DNA of 64,000 bases from the NCBI GenBank assembly GCA_048013815.1, contig CM106585.1, positions 15,066,001 through 15,130,000 of the forward strand. Direction: 5' to 3'. This stretch comes from Setoptus koraiensis (Eukaryota; Animalia; Arthropoda). Shown here piece after piece: positions 10,809 to 21,816 of this stretch. The translations under genes were made by a program, and so were the position numbers. The first letter of the stretch is position 1, and the number at the start of each line of letters is the position of its first letter. The notes below the pieces were generated by a model. The model was not told where the DNA came from, made no database searches, and saw only the letters and a program-made list of their open reading frames with translations.

Positions 10809-13800
10809 TTATTTATTGATTGAAGATTCTGACAACTGATTAAAATTATCCACAATTGGATTTCGATCATCGTTGTCATTGGTTGTGGCATGTTTTTTAA
10901 TGAAATACTTAGTTGTGTTCATTCCAGATAGCAGACCTCCCACCAGAATGATGAGAAAGACAATAAGATAAATTATGACATCAAAAAAGTCTCCTATCTT
11001 TCTAGCTTCAGCATCGGCTTGAGGCAACCTGGCGTTGTTCTTGAATCTATTGAGAAGCAATTTATTGAATTCATAATGCCATAGAGTGATTGTCTTGTTA
11101 GAATGTATAACCAAACGGGTTCTGTCAATATCCGACAATTCATTGATAGATATATCATTCAATTGACAATAGACTTTTGCATCTGCCGTGACCATGATAT
11201 CGTACGACCTACATATCTTGTTTTCGTTCTCCAGAACTAGATCATAACATTCATTTGCGCACTCAAGTGAATGGGCCGTTAGTTGGAAACTTATGGCATG
11301 TTTAGCACGATTGTCAATAGCTATCCCGTCGGTTACGCCAAACATGAACTCTGTGTTCAGATTATACTTGGTGCAGGATATTTTTTTCACTTGTGATTCA
11401 TGGCCGGATAAATCGTTGTCATCAACATCTTGAAACAAATTAGCAGGAGTGCCTCTGATGCAAGAATAATCTTCGCAAAACAAAAAATCCTTGCAGACAG
11501 AATTGTGTTTGCTTAAGGCATCATCTACACATAATCGAGCACAATGTTCGATATCGTCTACGGGAACTACAGAATCCGGCATGTCGCTAATGAGAATGTC
11601 GTTCTTTTGTTTGGTGAACATTTCTAGATTGTTCCTATTGTAGACAGCGCACTGAGAGTCTTTCATTAATAGATTGGCCACATCGGCATTATTGTGTTCT
11701 CCCTCAGGTGCCTGTTGTTGATCGTCAGCTAATGCCAATGCAGATAACGGTTGCTTGTTGTTTGTCACGATTCGATCTGTTAATTCTTTGCCCAGGTACT
11801 TCTTCGAAGCGATGCATTGGCTCTTATAGTTGGCTTGTCTTGTTCGTTTGTTGTGCGATTTGGCGCAAAAAGAATACGATTTGCATTGAGTGTCATGCAA
11901 ACAATTTAAATGGCACGCGTCGAGACTAACTTGGTCTTGAGCCATCATTAAGGTCAGTCGGTCCTCGGTTTGATCGTCGTCGTCACTTGTTTGCTGCTGC
12001 TGCTGTTGTTGGTCAGTAGTTGGCTCGGCCGATGTCGATACTATTGGGTAATTGATGCCACTACCATCGATGCTATACCTGTATCCTTGCAATATTTTGC
12101 TCTTTTGCGCAATGTCGTCCAGTTTTATTTTAGTTTTCTCTATCCAATAGAATTTGCTCTGATCAAAGAACGTCTCAGGTTGGCCCGGTGCTATAGTGTA
12201 ACCTTGTTTGTAGTGCAATTGCACCCTAGTATGTTCCTTTTTTATGGCTCTAGTTCGTACAAGATGCGTACTATATTCCAGTCCAATGGCCAGTTTGTTT
12301 TTATTGAATTTCTCTACTGGCTCAATACTAAACAATCTACAATCGGCGCTATTGTTGTCGGCCACCACCGATAGATCATTTTTTGTCCAACGATCGCTAT
12401 TTGTTTCAACGGCACAAAAGCCACCGGAATCATCTATTTCATTTGTGTGCACATTTGATGGACAGAAGGCAAAGTCAATTAGATCTTTGCGATGCATTGC
12501 GCGCCACATACATTCCTCTTCTGAATCAAGCAATTCGAATTTGTCGCCCAATTGTTCCACCAAAATATTGTCCACGTTCTTGCGGCCAAAGCCGAGAAAT
12601 TTAACACGAAAATCGTTGCCAGGTATATCACACAAATCGACGCTCATGTAAATGAGATCATCGTGCATTTTCGACTGCAAGTTACTAATTTGCGGCCTAG
12701 GCACATGAAACACGCTTTGAAGCATCGTGACGAGAGCCTCGTCGCGAACTCTATGATCCAGAAACGGATTCAGCATCTGAAGCATCTCTTTTCGGTAGAA
12801 TCCGGCAGGTTCCTCAGTCCTCAGCATGAGCTCTAAAGTGAGCTTGTTTGCTTCGTTTTGGCTGCAATCGGAAACGTCAAACAGATCGCCCGAGCGCTCT
12901 GTGCCTTTGCTCAGGAACCTGTTGAACTCAAACACCTCTATGTCTGTGCTGGATTTGATCGCCGAATTGTTTATTATTTCCACCAGTTTCATCTTGACCA
13001 ATCTGCCTCTCATTTCTTCATGTTTGGCCTCATAATAAATCACGTATCTGTCAATGTTGTTGTTCGTTTGTTCGTCGCCGCCTTGGCCGTTTATCTCGTC
13101 AGCCCCATCAGGTGCTGGAGTTTGCAGCTCAACATACTGACTGTAATCGTCTATTATGTGCATCGACTCTCTCCAAATGGGCCAATTGTCAACTTTGGCC
13201 TCGTACACCAGACACACTATTCCTCGTACTTGCGCGAAACCCACAAAGACAGCATTGTCGTTTTGCATGAAATTTGCATACGAGTTTGCCTCGTAGTCCG
13301 TCATGGATTTTGTCACGCATCTTCTCAGTTGCAATCGGGCCAAATTTGCATTTTCGATATCGCTGATCGGCTCATTGGCCTCATCGGCGGAACTACCATC
13401 TGCGGCGCTAGTGAGGCGATCATTGAGGGACGCCAAATGATATTTGGTTCGCGAATACATGTCGTAAATGGTTGTAGAATACTGTTGCTGTTGTGAGCTC
13501 TTATTTATGAGATCGCGCTTGAGCACTTTGTTTTGTTTGTCAACAACGAAATGAATGTCAATTTTTTCGTTGGCCTCGTTCCGCAAATGAGCCTTAAAAC
13601 TAAACTCGCCCAACGCACCCTTGTAACCGAACATCTTTTCGTAAGTGGACACATCCTTTAGATACTGGCCGCAGCCCCAGCCGATTGGCATGGACAGTTT
13701 GTCTAGACCGGTTCGTGAATCGTATTGCTGCCACTGCTGAATGGGCTCAATAGAATAGTAGTCAATGTTTAAATCCAATTCAACGGCCGCGTTTGTGTAG

Positions 13801-14642
13801 GCCACTTTCAGTCTGACTGGCAGCACCTGACCCAAGTCAGTTGTTTGAAGTATTTTGGCGTGATCATCGACGCTAATGTAGGCGCTCATGAGCAAATATT
13901 TGTCCTGTTTTTTGTTGCTTTTGTCACCGCTGAAACCGCCGGGAAGCCTGATCTTGATCTTTTGCTGTTCGTAGGCCCTGTCGACCACTTGTATGTTTCT
14001 TATCATCCTGATTGATTGCGGATCGAATTTCAACGATTTCAGTTGCTGATAATTGTCCGCAAACATTCTCAGATAAGTGTCTGGCGTGCCAATTATGAGC
14101 GTATCATCGCGTTTGAGACCAGCACTGTCTAGATCGAGGAACTTGCTCACCTCTTCCTGATTGATGTCGTACACGTGCTTGTAAAAGTCCTCAAGACTCG
14201 ACGGTTCGCAAGGTCTGCCTCTCAGATTCAAATTTTGGTGCTTGACATCGAAATTGTGATACCAATTGTATGAGATTTTCTCCAGCTTACTGTGTTCCGT
14301 TTTGCTGGGCTCAAAAATGTTCACCTTAATCATATTTCTATACTCCAAGTCAGTTATGTACTGCTCGAAATACGATATTTTTCTCCTTTCAACCTTGACA
14401 ACAGAACCCTGGCTCGAATGCGGAAAAATCTGCACATTGCTCACAATCTGGCCCCTGATTACGTAACTGGATTGCTGGATGAGCTGGCGCAGGTACAAGC
14501 CATTGTCGGCGGCCTCGTCTGCATTGGCGGCCGACACTAATAGGCTACTGACGCTTTGATTTACATCGTGCTGGCGGTGATACGATTTATTTAGGAAAAT
14601 TATTGCATAAACATATATTAGTGTTATTCTGACAAACAGCAT
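10809..14642 (-). CDS. Type I membrane protein with three PAN/Apple-like modules and a large N-terminal ectodomain (possibly LolA/ependymin-like); single exon, 1,277 aa from the first ATG
   Basis: Signal-like N-terminus (MLFVRITLIYVYAIIF). Three CxxxC...C.S/D Y/F motifs: CHLNCLHDTQCKSYSFC, CARLC..CKDFLFC, CANEC..CRSYDI..CQLN. Single TM segment (VIIYLIVFLIILVGGLL) and a short tail. The ORF-track start at 14669 is TTG. Confidence 0.88.
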   Translation of the reverse strand: MLFVRITLIYVYAIIFLNKSYHRQHDVNQSVSSLLVSAANADEAADNGLYLRQLIQQSSYVIRGQIVSNVQIFPHSSQGSVVKVERRKISYFEQYITDLEYRNMIKVNIFEPSKTEHSKLEKISYNWYHNFDVKHQNLNLRGRPCEPSSLEDFYKHVYDINQEEVSKFLDLDSAGLKRDDTLIIGTPDTYLRMFADNYQQLKSLKFDPQSIRMIRNIQVVDRAYEQQKIKIRLPGGFSGDKSNKKQDKYLLMSAYISVDDHAKILQTTDLGQVLPVRLKVAYTNAAVELDLNIDYYSIEPIQQWQQYDSRTGLDKLSMPIGWGCGQYLKDVSTYEKMFGYKGALGEFSFKAHLRNEANEKIDIHFVVDKQNKVLKRDLINKSSQQQQYSTTIYDMYSRTKYHLASLNDRLTSAADGSSADEANEPISDIENANLARLQLRRCVTKSMTDYEANSYANFMQNDNAVFVGFAQVRGIVCLVYEAKVDNWPIWRESMHIIDDYSQYVELQTPAPDGADEINGQGGDEQTNNNIDRYVIYYEAKHEEMRGRLVKMKLVEIINNSAIKSSTDIEVFEFNRFLSKGTERSGDLFDVSDCSQNEANKLTLELMLRTEEPAGFYRKEMLQMLNPFLDHRVRDEALVTMLQSVFHVPRPQISNLQSKMHDDLIYMSVDLCDIPGNDFRVKFLGFGRKNVDNILVEQLGDKFELLDSEEECMWRAMHRKDLIDFAFCPSNVHTNEIDDSGGFCAVETNSDRWTKNDLSVVADNNSADCRLFSIEPVEKFNKNKLAIGLEYSTHLVRTRAIKKEHTRVQLHYKQGYTIAPGQPETFFDQSKFYWIEKTKIKLDDIAQKSKILQGYRYSIDGSGINYPIVSTSAEPTTDQQQQQQQTSDDDDQTEDRLTLMMAQDQVSLDACHLNCLHDTQCKSYSFCAKSHNKRTRQANYKSQCIASKKYLGKELTDRIVTNNKQPLSALALADDQQQAPEGEHNNADVANLLMKDSQCAVYNRNNLEMFTKQKNDILISDMPDSVVPVDDIEHCARLCVDDALSKHNSVCKDFLFCEDYSCIRGTPANLFQDVDDNDLSGHESQVKKISCTKYNLNTEFMFGVTDGIAIDNRAKHAISFQLTAHSLECANECYDLVLENENKICRSYDIMVTADAKVYCQLNDISINELSDIDRTRLVIHSNKTITLWHYEFNKLLLNRFKNNARLPQADAEARKIGDFFDVIIYLIVFLIILVGGLLSGMNTTKYFIKKHATTNDNDDRNPIVDNFNQLSESSINK

Positions 14643-16869
14643 CTCGTTTCTCGTGGTCGCATACAACAATGCAATTTGCGCATTTATAACTGTAGTGAAG
14701 ACGCGTCCGCTGCCGTGAACGGTGCAATGAAAACAGGCACGACAAGCATGAATGGAGCTTGTTTGTCCTTTCGACAGCTAGATTCGTGGCTGGATTCGCA
14801 GCCAGATTGGTGGCTAGATTCGCAGCTTGATAGATTGGGATAGATTTGGGCAGATTTGGGCAGATTTGGGCAGAATGCGATAGAGTGAGATAGAGTTGGA
14901 CGGCACAGTGTGACGCGCCGTGTGGCGGTGGACGAATCGAGTGTGTTTTGTCGACACACAAACAAACAACATCTATTCGGTGTAGCCTTGCGTGGGTCCC
15001 GTCGACTAGCGGAGGCCAAAAGCTGTCGAGCGAGCGAGTCATTTGATGAGCGACTGACAATTTGTGAGCCAAGCCGGCCAGGGTCAGCTGTCAAGCTAGC
15101 GAACAGAATCGGAAGAGGAATGCATAACTGGATCATCATCGTTCGAGGGGAAACACTGCACCGTGCATTGTGAACAGCGATGCATTAAGGCCGCTGCGAT
15201 TCACTTCCGATTGTGTTCGGTAGTCGGCCGTCGTCGACGAGCGCCAGTCAAACATGATGTTGATGATTTGAAATTCATGAATTTGCATCAAGCGTCGCTT
15301 GTGTGGCCCACACAACAACTTATGACAAACATTCTGGCAGTGGCAAGAGCAAATTACAAAATTACAACAACAACAACGACAACAACAACAACGACAAGCA
15401 TCAGCTCGCCAGCATTCAACAAAGCCGCTCGCTAGGAAAGTAAAAAGATAGCCAATGAGGAGAGAAATGGGATCATTTTATTTTATCATTTTATTTGCCT
15501 GATCATGCCCGATGTATGCTGATTGCACGAACAGCTGAGCACAGGAAGACAAGGTATGGGTCATTTTTTGTGCCTCGCTCTCCTGTCCTGTCCTGTCCTG
15601 TCTGTTCGCTTCTATTGGCTTCTTTTTGTTCTTTTATTCTCCTCAGCCTCTTCAACCAATCGCAGCTACTAGATGTGATTTATTGTCAATGAATCGAATG
15701 TACAATGTTTGTGTTAACGACATTGCACACAGTGACAGCAGCTCAGGTACAACAGGTGCTTAGGCTTTTTTCATTGGTGCTCAAATGACATTGATCATCG
15801 TTGTTTGTTGGTGGCATCATAATCAGCGGCGGGTCTCGGTGTGCATGCAAAAAACACGGTAACAATTGTTGCACAACAAATCAGTGCGACAGAGACAGTC
15901 TAAATCATTTGCTTAATAGACAAAGTGATGCTCTTTTCATGCCCGATAATGGCGGCGGCAGCAGCAGCAGCATCCATTGTCATCCAAGCTGCGCCAACAA
16001 TGTGTGTGTGTGTGTTATGCAATAATATGCAATAATCAACATTGAGTATCATGAATGAATCTGCGTATCTTGTATAATCTTGTATAATACGTTGCACAAT
16101 GTCGTATATTTGCGTATTGTTGCACAATAAGAGCACTCAAGTGTGTCGCTATCGCCAATATTGCAACACAATAATACAATAATGGCCTCTCATGGTCTCA
16201 TCTACATGACCAACCAACGACAACAACAATATCAACACACACACACACACACATGAGTAAGAGATGAATTGCATCAGATGTTGTGTAATGATACTTGTGT
16301 AATGGATAAATGGCTCGCATAAATTGGTTCGGCCCATCGGCAATCATCGAGCCCAACTGGCCAAGCGAATGTTTCCAATTGGGCTTCTCGACTAGAGAGT
16401 ATCGAGTAGCGGCCAACAGTCGGAAAGGTGACGGGAATTCTTTTCATTATTGTTTGGCTGCTTGCATGAGGCTGCATGCCGGCGAGCTGATTAGGGCTGA
16501 ATTGGAGAGCTGCTCATTATTGAGCATACTCATCCTCATTTTATCCACTCTTCTTCTGCTGCTGCTGCCGCCGCTTGCAACTATGCGACCAACAGCACAA
16601 CAATTAGCTTGCCAGTCGCAATAAGAGCGCGCACCGGTATACATCGGCGTCGTATCATCGTTATATTTGACACAAGTCAGTTTATGCAAGCATCGATCGA
16701 CACAATTGTCGCCATACGAGCATCGGTTTGGTCTGGCCGGTCTCAACAACATGAGAGTTAGTTAGTGACATTAGTTAGCTAGTCACAAGTTGGATAGACA
16801 GATACGAAAGATATAATAAAATTAAGATAATCAGTGCCTCAGTCAGTCAGATCATCATCGGACGGCATC

Positions 16870-19800
16870 ATGGCGTGTACCCCACCGGCGTGCTGTCAGA
16901 AGCGGCAAAGCGACCATGCGCCAACAACAACACAAGACACAAACAGTGCATTGTCAACAACAAAACCAACAACAACAACAACCACAACAAATACCCACAT
17001 TGGGAGCGATAACGGCGCCAACAAACAACAAACAAGCAGACAACAACTAATTAGCAACTCACCTGCCCGTCAACCAACAGCGATAGCAACCAGCAATCAA
17101 ATGATGTGTCAAAGATCGAAACTCACAAGCCACTCAAAACTCGCTCAACAAACAACACCAGACGAAACAAACGCACACACAAAGTTCGTCAGACACTTGC
17201 TGACACTTGTAGTCGGTTGTCATACTACAATTAGCACCACCAAACCGAGCACCGACAACAACAACAACAACAACAGCATCAACAACAACAATAGCAACAA
17301 TAGCAAGTGCCCCACTAATAATAGGCTAGCCGCCGCTAGACACATCAATAAGAGCCTCTCAGTGCAGCATACTAATGGCAAAATTCTACTTCCGCTTTGT
17401 GTTGCCATCACCATAATATTAGTGTCGCCACAAATAGAATTGTTCAATAATAGTTTCTTTCATCGCAACCAGTGCGAATTCACAACAACAACAACAACAA
17501 CGACAACAACACAACATAGGACGCTAGTGAGCAATGGCGACAATTCTCGAACTTTCAACAACAACAACAACAACATAGCAGACAGCAACCGCCAACAACA
17601 ACAACATGCCAGAAGCGGCCATCATTACCTGTTGCTGGCATCGGCAAGTGGCGCCTTGGCCACAACAAGCTCGCATAATAATAATGACAGGGATCAGTCG
17701 ACGACACAAACAAAATCTTCTAACAATCATCGCAACAATAGCGCCTCAGATAATCAGGCCGCTGATGGCAGCTCAGCTAGCAAATCGACTGGATCCAAGG
17801 GTTCTGAATTGGACGCAGATAAACAGCAGCAAACAAAAAGAGACCACACAAACAAACTAGAGTCGGTCAACAAGAGACCAGCTCAGTATGCGGCGACAAC
17901 AGCGGCAAACGACGCAACCGGAAGTAGTGCAAGTAACGGTCAAGTTGCCGGAAAACCATCCATCACCGACAACGCTAATCATCGCAACAGTGGCAACAAC
18001 AACAACGGCCGCAACAACAGGAAAAAACATCTCAAGGCCAGGTCGGCTAGATTGGACAAATCTGCATCGGTTAACAGTGCCAAGGAGCAAGTCAGCAACA
18101 AACAACAACAAAGTAGTGAAACAAACAACAGTGAGCAACAGGTGACCAGTAAGACAACCAAAAGCACCACCACTACCAGTAGTACGGACACTAGCAATGG
18201 CGCAGTGTTGCCCGCGGGCCTCAGAAAACGAATCATAAACAAATTCATAAAGGAGGGCGGAAATCCGCAGAACATAGTTGTTAGTGATTCTACTATAACA
18301 ACAACATCGCAATCTAAAAAGAAAACAATCACTACTGTATACAAGATATTACCCAATGATGACACCAGCGGTGCTATCACAACAACTACACCACTGCCCG
18401 ACCCCAAATCCAGCTTGATGCCGCCCACTACTTCTGGTTTTGGAATAACAACCACGAATCAGGTGGAGATGCCGCCCATAACATCGTTTAAGTGGCCGGC
18501 AACGCAGCCTAAGTCTTCCTCGGGCAACAATTCAGCGGGCACTGGTGGCACTGGCATAGGTGATAAAGGAAGAAAAAAGATGCGCAAAATACTGGTTACA
18601 AGAACGGAAAGAAAGAATTTTCCAAGCGACGATGAGGACGCAACATTATTCAACAATAACGATCTAACATCGCCACAATTGAATAATGTAATCATGAACA
18701 ACAACAACAAAAAGGATGATTTTTTGTCTTCGTTAATGAAAATCAATAAAAACGATGATCTACAAACAATGATGAAATGGAATCCGTCGCCGGCCAGCCA
18801 GCAGCATCACCAGGACATGTTCGATTTTGACAATAATTATAGGAAGTCGGGCGCCGAGAAGGCATTCGAGACGCCGGCAAACATTAAGAAGAAAATAAAC
18901 CAGGCAGTTATGAAAAACGTTGACGAGGACACACACAATGACGCCTTCAATTCGTTTGGGCCCGCCGGGGGCATGCCGGACAAGATGCCCATGATGCCCA
19001 TGATGCCCGTGATGCCCATGAAAGAGGAACGACACTACGAATTGCAAGTGGGCAAAAAGCACATTCCAATGGAGCTGACCGTTGAGGGGGGCACCGACGC
19101 TCTCATGGACAACATGGGGCCCGACTCAATGATGGGCGTCCTGCCGCCATCGATGCCAATGCCGCCAGTGCGGGCCATGATTATGGGGGGCAAGATGGGT
19201 AAGAAGCCCAAGATGGGCGTTAAAAATGAATTGGACATGGATCATTTGTCAAACTTTTTCGAGTTCGGCGCCAAGGCGGAACCGCCCGGCTCGAAACAAG
19301 CGGGCGATATCGCGCCGAGCCCCAAAAAGAACCCGACTAACGGCGGCAACAGTAACAAGGATACCGCAACCACTAAGTCGTCGCAGGCAGCCCAGACAAA
19401 TGGAACGACAGGAGCAACAGGTGAGAAGAAATTGAAAAAGAAAGAGTCGTCGCACGAGCCAGGCAAATCAAAACATGATGACACCAGCGGCAAGAAACAA
19501 TCTGAGCCGGCGTCTACCGCAGCCAACAACAATAATGATAAGGCAAAAGATACAGACAAAGGAAAAGAGAAAGCGTCCTCTGAAATATCAAGATCAATTT
19601 CAACTGACTACAACTCGAATTCGGAACCTAGCAAAAACAAGGGCGAGAACAACAGAGCCAAATTCTCGAGACCGCACACATTCAATCGCGGAGGCAAGAT
19701 GGCGGCGGCCAAGAGGAAAAACAACAACAAACAGGAGGCCCCAATCAGTTCCGACGACGGGGATGAAGCATCTGGTGGCAGCAGCAGCAACAACAGTAAA

Positions 19801-21816
19801 GAAAACGAAAATGGTGATAATAGCAACTTGAAGAAACACGGCAAGAGGAAACAGCATCAGCACGCCGATGGTTCTGATCAAAATAATAATAACAAGAGTT
19901 TCGCGAGGCAAGCGACTACAACGAGCCCGGCGACGGCGACGACGAACACTAACGGGCTGGTTATCTTCGGAAAGTCATCGGATAACCGAAAGGCCGACAG
20001 ATACAAGAAAAAGAAGAAGCACCACAAATCTACCACGACGACATCGACGACATCAACGACACCACCCCCTACCACCACAACAACTAGCACAACCACCACA
20101 ACCACCAGCGCACCAGATCAGAGCGAATTGAGTCAATCCAATGATGATAATGACGCCGATACAAATACCAATCAACAAATGGTGCCATTGGTGAAAATTG
20201 AGGCCACTAATCATGACCAATCGAGCCATCCTGTGATAACTCTCACCACCTCTAGCAGCTCCGATATAGCTCACCGACAGCACTATTCGCCCAATGGCTT
20301 GGCCAATGGTGCCGACAGTAACGGCGGAGGCGGAGGAGGAGGAACTTACTTATCGGCAATCATAAGTCAAGTTCCGGCTAGAAAACCAGCTAAATCCGCA
20401 TCATCGCATGCGGGTTATTATGAACCCGAGGTGACACTACCTAGAAACACAAATTTTGGAAAGAGAAAAAAGACACTGATCGCAAACAGATCGCAGGGTG
20501 ATTCCAATGCAAACCAGCAACAACAGCAAGAGTCTAGTCACGCACCAAATATTATGATGTTGATAGATGTCAATCCATCGCCTGTGTCACATGTGTCATC
20601 GTCGTCTGATAGACGACTTAATTATAGCAATCCCACCATAGCAAATGGTCCGCAAAAACTGACCACAGGTTTCACTCCCTTATACGCTCTGTCTACGCAA
20701 ACCATTGGACCGGATGGAAGTTTGATCCGGGGCAACGGTTGGACACCAGTTATTATCCAGCAGCAGCCGGCGGCGCCGCTGCAACAGCAGTCGCCGCAGA
20801 GACAACAACAACATTCTCACCGGCAAGCCAGCAATTCAAATTTGAATGTAATATTGAATCTCAACCAAGATCATAATAACCTGCAACAACTACAAGGTTC
20901 CAATGGAGTCGCGCCCGAATCACAGAACTACCAGCACAGGCTGACGTTTGTACCCCAAGAGAGTCGTCAGAGCACTTTCAGCAATGCAGCCAACTGGAAG
21001 TCAGATCAGCAACAACTGAAACCCAAATCCAATTTCCGCTCCATCACAATGAACCACACCAGCCGGCCTCTGCCCCCGCCGCCCATTTTGACGCCAATGA
21101 GCGACGACACCAATCCAGAGGGGCAACAGGGGGCTATTGATAACAACGGATTTGATTCCGGCCTCAGTCATGATGAATCAATGAGACAAGACGATGAGTC
21201 TGGCCTGTTTCAGCAGCAGTCCGAACGACGTAGACAGCAACATCGTCATGACAACTCCTATGGTGACAACCGAGAAAGCAACTATGGTTATGCAACCAAC
21301 CAACTGAGTCATTACAATCAGCGGAATAATCATTTCAATCATAGTGCCGATAATATGAACGACGACAGCACAGGAGAGATGACACAAAATCCACGCCACA
21401 CGAGTGACCAAGATGAGTTTGTGAGTCATATGACGACACCCACATCGGACATGTATGATGCCCATCAGAATGGTGATCCCTCCAATTTGGCCATCAATCG
21501 AAACAGGGGCGAAACTTACGAGATTACACCAAGTCAACGACTGGCCCAGCAGCAGCACCAAGATCATTTGCGAGAGCAAGATAGCGAATCGGAGGAGACG
21601 CAACAATTTGAAAATATTGATAACAGCCACATGATGATGGCGCCTAGACAACAAATGGTGTACCAGCGACAGCTGTATTCGTTGGACAAGGACAACCAGA
21701 TGGGTGATGATAGTCACAATTACAATAAACAAACATCGCCTGAGATCCCCGGAAGTGGCAGTAATCTGTTGAACGAGATGCTTGTCTTCTTGAACTTTAG
21801 CACGTCACACTTTTAG
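16870..21816 (+). CDS. Very large low-complexity (T/N/S/Q/K/M-rich) protein of unknown function; ~1,648 aa from the first ATG
   Basis: Stop-free frame of 4.95 kb. Hydrophobic segment ILLPLCVAITIILVSP near aa 185-200. No Cys in the last ~1,440 residues. The true start codon is uncertain. Confidence 0.8.
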   Translation: MACTPPACCQKRQSDHAPTTTQDTNSALSTTKPTTTTTTTNTHIGSDNGANKQQTSRQQLISNSPARQPTAIATSNQMMCQRSKLTSHSKLAQQTTPDETNAHTKFVRHLLTLVVGCHTTISTTKPSTDNNNNNNSINNNNSNNSKCPTNNRLAAARHINKSLSVQHTNGKILLPLCVAITIILVSPQIELFNNSFFHRNQCEFTTTTTTTTTTQHRTLVSNGDNSRTFNNNNNNIADSNRQQQQHARSGHHYLLLASASGALATTSSHNNNDRDQSTTQTKSSNNHRNNSASDNQAADGSSASKSTGSKGSELDADKQQQTKRDHTNKLESVNKRPAQYAATTAANDATGSSASNGQVAGKPSITDNANHRNSGNNNNGRNNRKKHLKARSARLDKSASVNSAKEQVSNKQQQSSETNNSEQQVTSKTTKSTTTTSSTDTSNGAVLPAGLRKRIINKFIKEGGNPQNIVVSDSTITTTSQSKKKTITTVYKILPNDDTSGAITTTTPLPDPKSSLMPPTTSGFGITTTNQVEMPPITSFKWPATQPKSSSGNNSAGTGGTGIGDKGRKKMRKILVTRTERKNFPSDDEDATLFNNNDLTSPQLNNVIMNNNNKKDDFLSSLMKINKNDDLQTMMKWNPSPASQQHHQDMFDFDNNYRKSGAEKAFETPANIKKKINQAVMKNVDEDTHNDAFNSFGPAGGMPDKMPMMPMMPVMPMKEERHYELQVGKKHIPMELTVEGGTDALMDNMGPDSMMGVLPPSMPMPPVRAMIMGGKMGKKPKMGVKNELDMDHLSNFFEFGAKAEPPGSKQAGDIAPSPKKNPTNGGNSNKDTATTKSSQAAQTNGTTGATGEKKLKKKESSHEPGKSKHDDTSGKKQSEPASTAANNNNDKAKDTDKGKEKASSEISRSISTDYNSNSEPSKNKGENNRAKFSRPHTFNRGGKMAAAKRKNNNKQEAPISSDDGDEASGGSSSNNSKENENGDNSNLKKHGKRKQHQHADGSDQNNNNKSFARQATTTSPATATTNTNGLVIFGKSSDNRKADRYKKKKKHHKSTTTTSTTSTTPPPTTTTTSTTTTTTSAPDQSELSQSNDDNDADTNTNQQMVPLVKIEATNHDQSSHPVITLTTSSSSDIAHRQHYSPNGLANGADSNGGGGGGGTYLSAIISQVPARKPAKSASSHAGYYEPEVTLPRNTNFGKRKKTLIANRSQGDSNANQQQQQESSHAPNIMMLIDVNPSPVSHVSSSSDRRLNYSNPTIANGPQKLTTGFTPLYALSTQTIGPDGSLIRGNGWTPVIIQQQPAAPLQQQSPQRQQQHSHRQASNSNLNVILNLNQDHNNLQQLQGSNGVAPESQNYQHRLTFVPQESRQSTFSNAANWKSDQQQLKPKSNFRSITMNHTSRPLPPPPILTPMSDDTNPEGQQGAIDNNGFDSGLSHDESMRQDDESGLFQQQSERRRQQHRHDNSYGDNRESNYGYATNQLSHYNQRNNHFNHSADNMNDDSTGEMTQNPRHTSDQDEFVSHMTTPTSDMYDAHQNGDPSNLAINRNRGETYEITPSQRLAQQQHQDHLREQDSESEETQQFENIDNSHMMMAPRQQMVYQRQLYSLDKDNQMGDDSHNYNKQTSPEIPGSGSNLLNEMLVFLNFSTSHF

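Noticed and set aside
11708-14540. Antisense ORFs (up to 212 aa) over the PAN gene, and similar ones over FIG4, OSBP and the two giant ORFs
   Set aside because: These are shadow ORFs expected opposite long coding frames.
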